Of a stretch of DNA of 64,000 nt, positions 1 to 33,418 are shown piece by piece. Position numbers and translations under genes: made by a program. Within the stretch, counting starts at the first letter, position 1, and each line of letters opens with the position of its first letter. Origin of the DNA: Vicugna vicugna (Eukaryota); NCBI GenBank assembly GCA_013265495.1, contig MU062951.1, positions 248,001 through 312,000 on the forward strand. Direction: 5' to 3'. The notes under the pieces are model-generated. The model made no database searches and was not told where the DNA came from. It saw nothing but the letters and a program-made list of their open reading frames with translations.

Positions 1-990
1 GGCTGCTTCTGGTGCACTTGATAATGTGAAGTTTTTAGTCCCTGTTTACTAAATTCTTACATGGTTGGGTCAATATTTGGGCTTTCTGTTGCATTCCAGA
101 ATCTGTCTCTTCCTCTGCCAGTCCTTTATCGTTTTAATTATGTCCCTTGATAACGTGTTATATCCAGTGAAATGAATTGTCTCTCCAACTGTCTGTCATC
201 CCTGAACTTCCCTTAATTATTATTAAATGTTTGTATTTGGTGTTAAGTTTCCAAACATTCTAACTTTTTAACTCATTCCTTCCTATTGGAAATTTTACTA
301 GAATTATATGAAATTTATTAGCTAATTTACAGAGAAATATCTTTATATAGCTTAGGAATTACTGAGTTTTCGCATCCACAATTTTTGTGTTACTCTGTTA
401 CATATTCAGGTTCCTTTATGTACCTCAATAAAAATTTATAGTTTTATTCATATTGACCCAACATATTCCATGTTAATTTATGGCTAGGACTTTTATTTTT
501 GTTGCTCCTGCCATCATGAGCATGAACTGTGCTTATACCTACTTACTGCTGACACACAGAAGAGCTGTTGACTTACTGATACATGCGATTATTACATCAG
601 TCTCTCTTAATGCTTCTGATAGTTTTTCAGCTGATTACTTTAGTTTTTCTGGGTTGACAGCTAAAAATAATTTTATCTCTTCTTTTCAAATATTTGTATC
701 TCTTGCTTTTTTAAAATTCTTCTCGTGCTGACTAGTGTTTCTAAAATTATTACACACTGGTAGTGAGAGTGACTGTTCTCACCCTGACTTTAATGGGTAT
801 GCTTCCAGCCTTTTACTGCTGAATATTGTGAAGGCCTGGGGTTTTAATATGGATATTCTTGATCAAGTTAAGTAAATTTTCTTTCGCTTTTGTATTACTG
901 AGAGTTTTAAAAATCCTAAGCAGATATTAATCTGATCACGTGCCTTTGGGCATCTGGCAAGATAATCACCCACTCCCTTGTCTCATGGAT
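1..990 (-). mobile_element. Old, degraded LINE-1 fragment(s), antisense
   Basis: AT-rich, T-biased sequence resembling reverse-complement L1 ORF2 inside an otherwise GC-rich intron; boundaries approximate. Confidence 0.55.
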
Positions 991-1454
991 ATTGAAGGGC
1001 TGCTGTGTCCAGGCCCTGCCCTTAAGCTCACCGTCCCCAGGAGGGAGTTTCTAAGCCTGCTTCCTCTCAGGTCAAATGGTCACGTCTGTTTGAAGCTGTG
1101 ATTCTCACTAACCCGCAGCTCTGCCCTTAGGACAGTGGCCCCAGTTCCAGTCATCTGAGCTCCATTCATCTGAGTCAGTGTCCTCGCCTGCCCCCCAGCC
1201 ACTGGATGGGGCCAAGGTGGGGCTGCCCTGTGGGAGGACTGGGGGTCTCCAGTCTCTACCACATGGGCCATGAGCCAGGCACTGAGGTGGGTAGTGAGGA
1301 CCCAGGAAATACTCGTCTGACCAGATGAAGGGGACAGCTTTGTGGGCAGCACCCACGTTCAGAAAAGTGGAAGGAAGGCTTATGACTTTAAATGCGTCAT
1401 ATATGAAAATGTCTGCCATGCACTTACGCCTCCCTCCCTTCTGCTGTGTTTCAG

Positions 1455-23660
<22,206 letters not shown>

Positions 23661-24818
23661 CACCTGGGCACCAAAGGACCAAGGGTGGGGACAGAGCCTG
23701 CCCAGGTGCGCGGGGTCAGGGGAGCACGCGGGGGGGGGGGGAGGGAACGCCCCAGCCGCGGAGGTAGCATGCCAGGCTCCGCCCATGCCCGCCCCAGCCC
23801 TGGAACCCCCATTTCCCCCACCCAGGCCCTCGGCCTGAGGGCGCAGCCAGGGCAGAGGGGCTGCAGGAAGGGCGCCTCTAGCCACCCCCCTCCCCCGCCT
23901 CGTGGCCAGTTCGGTGGGCACTGCGCCACCCACCACCAGCCGCGGATCAGCCCCAAGAAAGTGCCTTCTGTTTCCTGGAGCCAAGTGACACTGCCCCTCC
24001 CGGCCGGCCCGAGAGCACAAGCCGCCCTCCCCGGGTGAGCTGCCTTGCTGGGGCTCCTGCGCTCAGCCTAGCCCTGGTCTGGGCCCAGCGCGGCTGCCCC
24101 TTTCTCCTTACCCTGCTCTCTCTTACCCTCGGTCTCCTGGCCTACAACTTCCGCCCTCCTGGTCCCTTCCCGCCCCCTTCCCCGCCACCTGTGGCTTCCA
24201 TGGTGGTGACTGCACAGGAATTTGGGGGCTTAAGGACACTGGGCTGTCCACCACCAGAGCCGAGCCAGGCTGGCCCAGGGTCCGGTAGGTGCTCTCTAGG
24301 TGGGGAGTGGGCCCCCAAACCAAAGTCCTCTGGGTTGGGGGCAGGGTTGGGCAGGCATTCTTGGGGCAGGGTGGGGGAGGGGCGAGAATATTTTTTTTCT
24401 TCGTGTAACTATAAATTCAGAATCTATCCTGCACCCCAGCCCGCCTGTGTATAGAGATATAAATAGAGCAAAACATATAAGAACTAAATTTGCTAATGAC
24501 ATAGTCTTAACCCAGATGTTATTTATTTGAGTTGTTCTCGTCTGTCCTCTTCAGACAAGTTGGTATCATTCCTTCATTTTTCTCTCCACCCTCCTGGCTT
24601 CTGACCAAAAACCAAACCCTGCCCTATCCCTATTCAGGACCTGCAGCAGATGAGAGGGAAGGAACCCCGAGCTCGGGGACTAGGGTGGCGCTGGGGACTC
24701 CCCTTCCTCGAGGCCAGAGCTGGGGGGGTGGGTAGGTACCTAGATTTTCAGTTTGTGTATTTTCCATTTTGGAATTTTGAGTTCCAACTGTCGTAGAACT
24801 TAATTTCTCCCCAGTTTT

Positions 24819-24836
24819 TATATATATATATATATA
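24819..24836. repeat. (TA)9 microsatellite in ARHGAP39 3'UTR
   Basis: Direct read. Confidence 0.9.
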
Positions 24837-25012
24837 TTTTTTAGAGTTGAGTTTTTATTTATTATTAAAAACAAAAAAGCCCAGCCCTGCCGAGACCCGG
24901 GTGTCCCCTGGGGGAGCGTCCTCAGTCGGGTGGTCTTGGGCCCTAAGGAGGGGCAGTGGGGCCACAGACTCGCTCTGACGCATGGTCTCGAGAGGTGACA
25001 ACACTCTGTGTG

Positions 25013-25018
25013 AATAAA
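25013..25018 (+). terminator. Probable ARHGAP39 polyadenylation signal
   Basis: AATAAA about 1.35 kb after the inferred stop and just before the C8orf82 CpG island; a weaker ATTAAA lies at 24864-24869. Confidence 0.65.
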
Positions 25019-25399
25019 GTACATATAGACACTTGCAAGCCTTGGTCGCTGCCTGTTGCCTTCCGTTCCTTCCAGTTGCAGCGGGGCTTGCGGGGGGGGG
25101 AGGTCTGGGTTGGGGCTCTGGGCAGCTCACTGTCAGCGGCCAGTCGGTTGCCGGCGTGGACGCCAGGCCAAGGGAGAATGGGGGGCGGAGAGGCTGGAAC
25201 AGGGGTGGAAGGGAGAGTAAGGCAGCTTCCCTGAAACAACGGGGAGATGATGAATCGCGGACGAGGCTCCAGGTAGGTGCGCAGGATGAGAGGCACCCTG
25301 GGCCGGCTGCGGCCACCTGAATTATCATACTTGACCCCGAAGCCCCGCCCGACTGCTGGGGTCTTTGTCTGACCCGCCCTCCTCTGAGGCACGCATAGG

Positions 25400-26350
25400 C
25401 TTCTAGGCAGTGTTTATTCACCATCTCTTTGTTCAGCACCTAGTTGGACGCGCAGTCGGCCCCGCCGAGCTGGCTTCCCAGGGGATCGGGGAGGAGACAG
25501 TGAGGGTAGCTCGCCCACTAGGGGACAGCCAGCTTCCGAGAGCAGAGAGACTGGGCCCGCAAGCCCGCCAGCGCGCCGGCCCCAGCCCCGGCCGGTGACC
25601 CCGTCCTGAACTCGCCTGCACCCCACCGTCGGGCAGCCCCGCCCGCCACCCTTTCCCCAGCCGAACGGCAGGGCGGCGAGCCCCTAAGGCTCAAAGAAGG
25701 AAGAACGTCGGGGCCGTCCGGGGGACGCGCGAGGCCAGGCCGGGCGCGCTCGGTGGCCGCAAACGGAACCCAAAGCGCAAGGTCGCAGCCGCAGGGGGGA
25801 CGTACGTTTGCGCAGCACCGCCCCCTCGTGACCCTCTGACCGCTTCCGGCGAGAAAGGAGGATGTGGGCGACTCGTGGGGCTCTCCGGGCCTGGGCTTTC
25901 CGGGCTTGGGCCCTGGGCTTGGCGCGGTCCCTGGGGACCCGGGCCTGCGGCGGGGTTGGAGGCGTCTCCTACACGCAGGGCCAGAGCCCAGAGCCGCGGA
26001 CGCGGGAATACTTTTACTACTTGGATCATCAGGGCCAGGTGGGCGGGGAGGGGGCGGGGCCTGAGGGAGGCCCCTGCGAGAGAGGTGGGGCCTGGCGGTA
26101 GGCGTCTGAGGGGCGGGGTCTTTTAAAGTAAGTGAATGCGACTGGTGGGCGGGGGCGGCGCGCCGCGCCGCGCCGGAGCGACTGGCGCGCCTGGTCCCGG
26201 CCCCAAAGGGCTAGGCCCCCAGCAGCCAACCTCCCGCAAGTGGTTGCACTCCGCTCGCTTTGCATCCCCAGCTCCTGCAGCCGCCCCACCTACTTTGGAA
26301 GCTTTGACAGGGGTGTCCGCCATGTCCAGGGGGAAGCAAATCAGCCTCCG
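25400..26350 (+). promoter_or_regulatory. CpG-island promoter and first exon of C8orf82
   Basis: Dense CpG and GC boxes around the ATG at 25862. Confidence 0.75.
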
Positions 26351-27386
26351 CGGAGGCGGCACATAGAAACTAGAAAGGAGGAGGGAAGAGACGTGGGGAA
26401 GACGTGTCAGGCCAGAGAACCTGTGCGTGAGGAAGCATGGCCTGGAGTGCGGGGTGGATGCGGGGAAGTCGGCAGGGGTTTACCTTCCACGCGCCTCTGC
26501 ACTCGGTGTGCACAGACGAGCAAGGAAAGAGGACGCCCACCGGGGCCTTCCCGCTCTGGGGCCAGCTTTGTCGAGCTTCCACCTGGGACTGATGGGTCAC
26601 GGCCTGCCCCTCTGTCTGCAGCTTTTCCTAGATGACTCCAAAATGAAGAACTTCATCACCTGCTTCAAAGGTACTGATGCGCTCTCCTCCCCGACCTTCC
26701 CTCGCTTCGGAGAAGGCCCTGAAGGGCTCCGCTGCCCAACCTGTTGGTGGGCCTGCCCGCAGCGGGGTACTGGGAGTCCTGCGCTCCAGAGCTTCCTGTC
26801 TGGAGACAGGCCGGGACAGCCCATCAACACCCGGTGCCTGCCCTTGGTGTCGCCCAGGGTTAGCCGCCTGCCTGGGGGCAGTAGGGCCCAGGGGCCTTGG
26901 GGCCCGGCATGCTGAGCAGCCGCGCCCTTCGGTCCCCCAGACCCGCAGTTCCTGGTCGTCTTCTTCTCTCGCCTGAGACCCAACCGCAGCGGGCGCTACG
27001 AGGCCTCCTTCCCCTTCCTCTCACCATGCGGCAGGGAGCGCAACTTCCTCCGCTGCGAGGACCGACCCGTGGTCTTCACGCACCTGCTGGCCGCGGACCC
27101 CGGGCCCCCGCGCCTCTCCTACTGCGGCGGCGGCGAGGCCCTGGCCGTACCCTTCCAGCCGGCGCGCCTGCTGCCCCTGGCCGCCAATGGGCGGCTCTAC
27201 CACCCAGCGCCGGAGCGCGCGGGCGGTGTAGGGCTGGTGCGATCGGCCCTGGCCTTCGAGCTCAGCGCCTGCTTCGAGTACGCGCCTGGCGCTCCCGACC
27301 TGCCCTCTCACGTGTGTTGGCAGGGCCGCCGTTTCGCGCTCACTATGGACCTGGCCCCGCTGCTGCTCGCTGCCCCACCACCCTGA
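25862..27386 (+). CDS. C8orf82: C8orf82 ortholog (DUF4505/UPF0598 protein), 223 aa
   Basis: Exons 25862-26038, 26622-26670, 26941-27386 give 672 nt in frame. Peptides YTQGQSPEPRTREYFYYLDHQGQ-LFLDDSKMKNFITCFK-DPQFL...LVRSALAFELSACFEY. Confidence 0.96.
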
Positions 27387-27960
27387 GCGGCGCCGCGCGG
27401 CCCGCGTCGCTGCGCACGCGCTACCCGGAGAGCTCGCTGGCTGAGGCTGAGTGCGCGTGCGCGGCGAAGGCGCACCGCTGCCCCGCTGCCCCGCTGCCCC
27501 GCCCCGCCCGGCGCTGTCCGTGGTGCTACCGCGGCCCGGGCCCCGACACGGGGAGGGGCTGGGTCACCAGCCCTCGGTCCCTCCCCACACACCTCGCCTG
27601 GGGTGTCCTCGGCGTCCTCTGGTTCGGCCGGCGCTCGCGACGGCAGACCCGGGCGGCCGGGCGGGAGGCGCCGGCGCTCCAGTGCGCGAGCGCGAGCGGC
27701 GCCCGCCCCTCCCCCGCCCTGCGCTGCTCGGTGGGCCAGGGTTCGGCGGGGGAGCCGCACCGAGGAAGCGTCAGGTGAGGGGTCCGCCCGACCCAAGGTC
27801 AGCGGGCGAGGGGGCGGGATCGCGGGCCGTCCCTGCTCACCGAGAAAGGCTTGCGACCTGGCGGGGACCACACCCTGCCCTGTACCGGCCCGGGACAGAC
27901 CATGCCTGAGGCCGTGGACGATCAAGACTCCCGACTCTGCGCCTGAGAGGATCGCAGGTC
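27000..27960 (+). promoter_or_regulatory. CpG island over C8orf82 last exon; candidate LRRC24 non-coding first exon with donor at 27774/27775
   Basis: CpG-dense; CAG|GTGAGG donor; matching acceptor TTCGCAG| at 29843, 21 nt before the LRRC24 ATG. Confidence 0.6.
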
Positions 27961-29864
27961 TTCCCCTCTTACCCCTCCGAGCCTCCCTCCCCCTCAAATG
28001 GGTGCCCTGAGACAGTGACAACCCACCCCTGCCCAGCCGGATTAGGGGTTTTCCCCTAGGTAAAAGGATTTCTGGGCTGGCCTCCCCTGCCCTTCCTGCT
28101 TGGCCCTCATCCTTGCCCAGGCCAGCCTTTATACACGAATCAGCATCTAGGAGCTGTCCATCAGAGCAGTAGTCCCCTGAGTCCTGAGGAGGAGGCCAAG
28201 AACCTTCTATATTTGAGAGGCCTTGCTGCTGGAAGCTGGGTGGCCACCCTGGGCCACCCCTTTTGTTCAGGGAAATGGGTCCCAGGGGCTTCAGAGAATG
28301 CCCCCAGTTTCTTGGGGCTCACCTACATTCTGAGACATCTGGGAACTGCCTCTGCCTGAGCCAAAGCTATTCCATTAAAACTTTTGCTGTGCCTATCTCT
28401 CTCCAGTGATTTTCAATAATCATGTGAATTACAATTTAGAGCAAGACTCAAACAAACACCAAGGCCACTTACTGCCTTTCCACATGACTCACTCTTGCTA
28501 GTGGGGAGTCCTGGTGAGCAGGCAGGTGTTCAAGCAGGGACAGTGTGAGGTGGAGCTAAAGGCTCAGTGATAGCACACCCTCAGCCCCATCCCTGGCTTC
28601 AGACTGGCTGGCTTCTCAGCCCAAGTCCCCACCTTTAATTTGGACTCAATGTGCCTCAAGCTAGACCCAGGCCTTGCCCTCTCTCTAGGGTCACATTTGC
28701 ATGAACATAAACCCAACACACGACTCCCCACTTCAGTCCAGGAAGTCACTGCCCCCAAAGCCTACTTGGGAAACACCACTAGAAACCCAGTTGGTGGCCC
28801 AAGGCCCATCTTTCACACCCCAGCCATTCCAGGGCCCCACATGCCCCCCAAAACAGGGGTCCTTTACTGGGAGCCAGTATGGAGATGACAGGCCCACACC
28901 TTCCAAACTGATTTTCCTGCTGTTTGTCTCACCCCTGATTATCTAACAAACTCCCTGAGGAAAAAGCCCTAATTCTAGCTAAGCTGTTCCAGCCACTTCC
29001 ACTCCCAGGAGGGCAGGGGCAGAGGCTGGACAAAGATATGCCTCGATTTTCCTGGTGCCTCCCCTGAGACCAGTTGTGCCCATATCCTCCATCAATTTAC
29101 AACAGGAGAATCCCAGGTTTGAGGACAGAGCATGAGTTCCAGGGATAAAAATGACCAGAGTAAATGCTGGGTCAAGGTCAGTTGAGGGCAGGGAAGGAGT
29201 GTGGAGCCTTGGACCTCGTCCTGGGGGCACAAAAACGACCTCTACTCTAAGCTCTGTGCCTTCAAGGTCTGACACCAGTCCCCACAGAGTGAAGAGTCTA
29301 TGTGGACATGGGGATGTGTCTGCCCAGAGGCTGCTCTTCCCATTCTAGTCCACGCTGTGGTAACTGACCCCAAACTTAACCCTTGTGTCCCCAAGGCCAT
29401 ACCTTTCACCAGCCTCTTGCACGCAAGATCCAAGGAGTGGCTGTTGTTAGGGTGTAGAGGGCACGGCGGTCAAGACGTCCTCGCGCATGAGCAGGAAACT
29501 CCTCAGTGCTAGTAGAGATGGGATGGGGAGAAAAGCGGGCTGGGATGGGGTGGGCTGTCCCCACGTGGCCTGTGTGGCAAGACTCTGAGGACAGAAGAAA
29601 TTCTAAATTGGAACCTGATGCCCCAGATCTTTACAACTTTTTATAAAGGAAGGCAATGAACGTTTAATCAGTTTCTCAAGCTGATTTAAAACTTAAAAAA
29701 ATTCAGACACAGGATGTGTGCCTCCAGCCATCCTTTTTAGTGGCTCTCAAATGTTAAAGACAGGCAGAACCTGTGTTTCAGGAGGCGCGTCCCATCCAGG
29801 GCTGGACTGGAGGCAGGCTGGTGAGGAGGCTGCGGCTTCGCAGTGCGCGCCTGTCCCACGGGAG

Positions 29865-32403
29865 ATGGCCCCAGGGGCACCCACATTGCTGTTGCTGTTG
29901 CTGCTGTCACTATCCAGTGTCCTGCCCTGCGCTGCCAGCTGTCCGGCTGCCTGCCGCTGCTACAGCGCCACAGTGGAGTGCGGTGCCCTGCAGCTCCACG
30001 TCATCCCGCCTGGGATCCCGCCCGGGACACAGGTGGGCACCGCATGGAGGCTGCTGGGCTGCAGGGGAGGGGTGCCTGAGATGCAAAGGGATGGGGATGT
30101 GTTTCCTCTTGGGTGGTTGGGCCCCCTAGGGAAGAGACAGCCCCAGTGGGGTAAATGCCCTCCCTCCCTCTGGCCCCACAGACACTGTTCCTGCAGGACA
30201 ACTGCATCGCGCACCTGGAGCCTGGTGTCTTGACGCCTCTGGCCTCCTTGCGCCATCTCTACCTGCACAACAACAGCCTGCGCGCTCTGGAGCCAGGTGC
30301 CTTCCGCGCGCAGTCGCGCCTGCTGGAGCTGGCGCTCACCAGCAACGGGCTGCGAGGCTTGCGTGTAGGCGCTTTTGCTGGTCTGGCCCAACTGCGTGTA
30401 CTCTACCTAGCCGGTAACCAGCTGGTGCAGCTGCTGGATTTCACCTTCCTACACCTGCAGGTGAGTGGGGAGAGGGGTGGGCAAGGGCAGCAGTTTTCCT
30501 GCATTGCCACATGCTCTGCCCAACGGGAGTATGGAAAGGGAGTTCTCCGTCAGCACAGTCTAGCCTGGTAAGAAGGGGACCTGTCCTCCAAGGCCCCTTT
30601 CCCTGATGATCTACTGTCCCTGCTTCAGCGACTGCAGGAGCTGCACCTGCAGGAAAACAGCATTGAGCTGCTGGAGGACCAGGCCCTGGCCGGGCTCTCT
30701 TCGCTGGCCCTGCTGGACCTCAGCAGGAACCAGCTGGGCACCATCAGCCGAGAGGCCCTGCAGCCCCTAGCCAGCCTGCAGGTCCTACGCCTCACAGGTA
30801 CCGCTTATGGGGTCAAGGGGGTCTCGTGCAAAGGTAGCTTCCTTGGCCACAGTGATGACAGTAGGGAGCAGGCCCAGCTGTGGAAGGGTCTCCAATGGCA
30901 GTAGTGCTCTGCAGGGCCACACCACCACCCACAGACATGATAGAAGACTGCTAGGAACAGGGGTGCTGGTAGGGGCAGTTCGGGGACCCCTCCCAAGGAA
31001 AACAGAAAAGGTACAAGTCCCTGAACAGACTGGACAGAGCTGAGTGGCTTGCACACTTTGGGGCCATTGGAGGGCAGGCAGGCAAAAACTGGACAGATGA
31101 GACCAGGACTGGGGCCATTTCCTGGAGACAGCACCTGAAGGCAGGGCCAAGAGGATGTGCAAAGTTTCAGTGCTGGTGGGATGTCTACGTGAACACAGAG
31201 GTTCCCCCAAATAGTGAGATTTGTTGCAGGGAGAGGCTTCAGAGGAGTGGGGACTTTCCAAGAGTTTAGTGAAGTGAACTAGAACATGCATTACAGAACG
31301 GAGTTGCGGGTGGGGGTGTGCCCGCCTACACACTAAGGCGCTTGGGGTCAGAGAAGGGGTGGCAGAGGTCCCTGACTGTGGGAGGTGGGAAAAGGGCTCC
31401 TCCTCTGGCCAACAACCCAACTGCACAGACTGTGTTCCGGAGGCACCTGAGCTACCTGCCCGCCGCTGCTCTGCCCACAGAGAACCCATGGCGCTGTGAC
31501 TGTGCCCTGCATTGGCTGGGAGTCTGGATCAAAGAGGGGGGCCAGCGGCTGCTCAGCTCCAGGGACAGGAAGATCATGTGTGCAGAGCCTCCCCGCCTGG
31601 CACTTCAGAGTCTCCTGGACGTGTCTGGCAGTAGCCTCATCTGCATCCCACCCACTGTGCACGTGGAGCCGCTGGAGGTGACAGCCAACCTGGGTGAGGA
31701 CCTAAGGGTTGCCTGCCAGGCTTCTGGCTACCCGCAGCCCCTCGTGACCTGGAGAAAGGTGGCACAGCCTCGCGAGGGGCCGCCGCCGGCCCAAGCCCAA
31801 CCAGAAGGTGGGGTGCCGGTCCCAGGCGGGCCCGGGGCCTCTGACACGGGCAGCGGCATGCTTTTCCTCACCAACATCACCCTGGCCCACGCCGGCAAGT
31901 ACGAGTGCGAGGCCTCCAACGCCGGCGGCGCCGCCCGCGTGCCCTTCCAGCTCCTGGTCAACCTGTCCCGGCAGCAGCAGCTGGCGCCCGCGCCGCCCCC
32001 GGCCGCCGGCCCCATCAGCCACGAGCCCCTGCCCGAAGCAGGCAGCATGGCCTTCCGTGCCCTGAGCCTGGCCACGCAGACGGTTATCGCGGCGGCCATT
32101 GCGCTCCTGGCGCTCACGGTGCTGCTGCTGGCGACCATGATCTGCCGCCGGCGACGCAGGCGCAAAAAAGCGCCAGGGCCGCCGGGGGAGGGCGCTCTCT
32201 TCGTCAACGACTACTCTGACGGGCCCTACACCTTCGCGCAGCTCGAGGAGCTGCGCGACGAGCGGGGCCACGAGATGTTCGTCATCGACCGCTCCAAGCC
32301 GCTCTTCGCCGAGGGCCCAGCGGAGACGACCGAGAGCACGGAACCCGGACCCACACAAGGGCTCCCACTGCAGCCGCCCGCCGCCTACGAGATCCACTGC
32401 TGA
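29865..32403 (+). CDS. LRRC24: Leucine-rich repeat-containing protein 24 (signal peptide, LRRs, LRRCT, Ig domain, TM), 512 aa
   Basis: Exons 29865-30032, 30182-30460, 30629-30797, 31481-32403 give 1539 nt. LRRNT CPAACRCYSATVECG, LRRCT NPWRCDCALHWL, Ig YECEASNAGG, hydrophobic TM followed by RRRRRRKK, C-terminus YEIHC. Confidence 0.97.
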
Positions 32404-32486
32404 GGGGCGGTCGGGCGCGCGCTGATGACGTAGGCCCCGCGGATTGGCTGGCCCGCAGCTCACCATGCGCATGCTCCAACACGGTC

Positions 32487-32492
32487 AGTAAA
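32487..32492 (+). terminator. Candidate LRRC24 variant polyadenylation signal AGTAAA
   Basis: Only PAS-like hexamer I found between the LRRC24 stop and the LRRC14 stop; about 85 nt after the stop. Confidence 0.5.
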
Positions 32493-33418
32493 GGCTGGAA
32501 AGCTGCGCAGTGTGCTGCGAGACTTGTGTGGCGTCCGGGGCGCGGAGAGAGACTCAAGCACCTAAGGACCCCGGCTCCGCAGTCGGAAGTCCTGGTGCGC
32601 GAAAGGAGGGTGGTAGGGTAGGCTGCCAACGCCCCGACTGAAGCCCTCCAGAAAAATCCCCCCCCCCAAAATCACCCGACCTCCAGTCCCGCCGCCTACT
32701 GGAGGAGCCTGGACCACCGCGAGGTGGGCGGGGTGGACTGTGGGGAAGCCTAGGGAAGGGGAGGGGCAGCGGGCCTGAGGGCTTGGTATTCAGTGGCCAT
32801 GCTAGGGGTGCAGCAGAGAAGGAGACAAGTCACCCTAATCAATTAAGACAGAAAAAAAAAATCCACAAATTTAAGTTCTAAACACACTGCACTTTTGTAC
32901 CTTAAGGACACCTTCTGGCTCCAAAAGCCAGCTGAGAGGCAGTCTCCTGGGTGTCAAGGTAGGAAGACCCCCTTAGAAGCCCCAGAGTGCGTGGGGGCTC
33001 AGTCCTTGAAGCAGGCCTGTCCCAAGTTCCACCCCAGACCAGTCTGCTCTTGGGGAGGGCCCAGAGGAAAACTCTCTTAGCTCACTGACCCCAGGAACAT
33101 TCTGAAGAGAGAACCAGGACACCAGAGGGCAGCCAAATGCAGCTAAACCTAAGCAGGGCCGTGCAGGCCTAGCATCCAGCCCGCAGGCCCGCAAGTGGTC
33201 AACCAGTCAGGTTAGCAGGTGCAGAACAAACTGCGCAGCGTGCTACAGAAAGCATGGGGAGGCTCAGGGTGCACCCAGGAACAAGGAAATCAGAGACTAG
33301 TGCCTTTATGTCAGGCCTCCAGCGGGGTCCCAGCCAAGGCTCTGCCTACCCAAGGGGCAAGGGGCTTCCGAGAACCCTGGACCCCCGGACTGCCCGACTC
33401 TCACCCAGAGGTGAGAGA

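Noticed and set aside
23728-23750. G-runs as functional G-quadruplexes (also 42907-42919 and 53781-53793)
   Set aside because: Very common at this GC content; nothing singles these out.
26897-27778. 293-aa alternative-frame ORF over C8orf82 exon 3 running into the LRRC24 donor
   Set aside because: Low-complexity Pro/Arg/Ala sequence in a CpG island where stops are rare; splicing at 27774 would be out of frame with LRRC24, so no fusion protein.
31702-32472. 256-aa ORF antisense to LRRC24, and similar antisense ORFs at 44957-45835 and 10130-10606
   Set aside because: Expected shadows of GC3-rich coding sequence; no recognisable domains.
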